A stretch of 62,879 bases of DNA, the filler included, from Octopus bimaculoides (lineage: Eukaryota): NCBI RefSeq assembly GCF_001194135.2. It is 9 parts of 8 records of this genome, joined end to end, with 100 filler letters (N's around TTAATTAATTAA, not from the genome) between each part and the next. Parts side by side here need not be neighbours in the genome. Positions count along the whole stretch, not along the records: positions 48,751 to 62,879 come from NC_069009.1; 8 more parts are not named here. One strand, 5' to 3'. Shown piece after piece: positions 62,301 through 62,879 of the stretch; within the stretch, counting starts at the first letter, position 1, and the number at the start of each line of letters is the position of its first letter. The position numbers were made by a program, and so were the translations under genes. Below the pieces are notes generated by a model. That model did not search any database. It saw only the letters and a program-made list of their open reading frames with translations, and had not been told where the DNA came from.

Positions 62301-62879
62301 ATTTCTAACAGCATTTACTAAGACATTTGAAGATGATGCAATACCACTATTTAGTGCATCATCTTAATGAAGCAAACAATTAGTATTGCATCATCTTTGA
62401 AGAACAATTGAAATGACACAGGTTGACCTCCATCCTACAATGTTTTACATCTGATTTTTTATTACCCATGCGGGCTAACATAGGGGGGACAATACAATGT
62501 GATTGGGGTCACATACAATCGAATGATATAAAATTTTCATGTACAATGAAATCGAATGAATTACAACACAATAAATTACAAGCAATAAATCCCAAACAAT
62601 AAATCACAAACCACAAACAATAAATCACACGATGAGGTGTTCAAAACAGGTATGCTCCGACCCCTGTCTTTAGCACCGACTTACTGGTAGTCACTCAATC
62701 ATGCTCACGCAGGGTCGTTCACCCCCAACATGCGTGCTACAAGTGTCCATCATTTTTTAACAATGTTTTACATCAACAGCTTGGACCTTGCCATTTGCAA
62801 GATCTTATGATTCAGCTCTTTCATCATGCCAAAGGAACTCCTGTCTATAAAGATATGTGGATAGAAATAGATTCTGCTG

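Overview
This is an AT-rich, microsatellite-saturated eukaryotic (animal) window with many N-gaps. The SINE, RTE and Tc1/mariner repertoire looks like an octopus (coleoid cephalopod) genome; that assignment is from memory and unverified. None of the supplied ORFs is an intact host gene: most are microsatellites, gaps or antisense TE frames. The window is mostly decayed transposable elements: four tRNA-SINE families, RTE, CR1-like, R4-like and HERO-like LINEs, Penelope-like elements (PLEs), mariner/Tc1/maT, hAT, Academ, Helitron-like ends, and a Gypsy-type LTR family primed by tRNA-Trp. The most interesting signals are: (1) four type-I hammerhead ribozyme (HHR) families, including a 386-bp tandem repeat with one HHR per unit (candidate non-LTR retrozyme, 22325-22962); (2) a miniature tandem LTR-PBS-PPT-LTR-PBS structure with a 33-nt tRNA-Trp complement and a covarying U5 hairpin; (3) a possible cryptic minus-strand spliced gene, with phase-compatible exons and a compact promoter-motif cluster at about 43.45 kb; (4) a fold-back palindrome at an RTE 5' junction. 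All family names and motifs were assigned by eye; no database search was run, and many boundaries are approximate.
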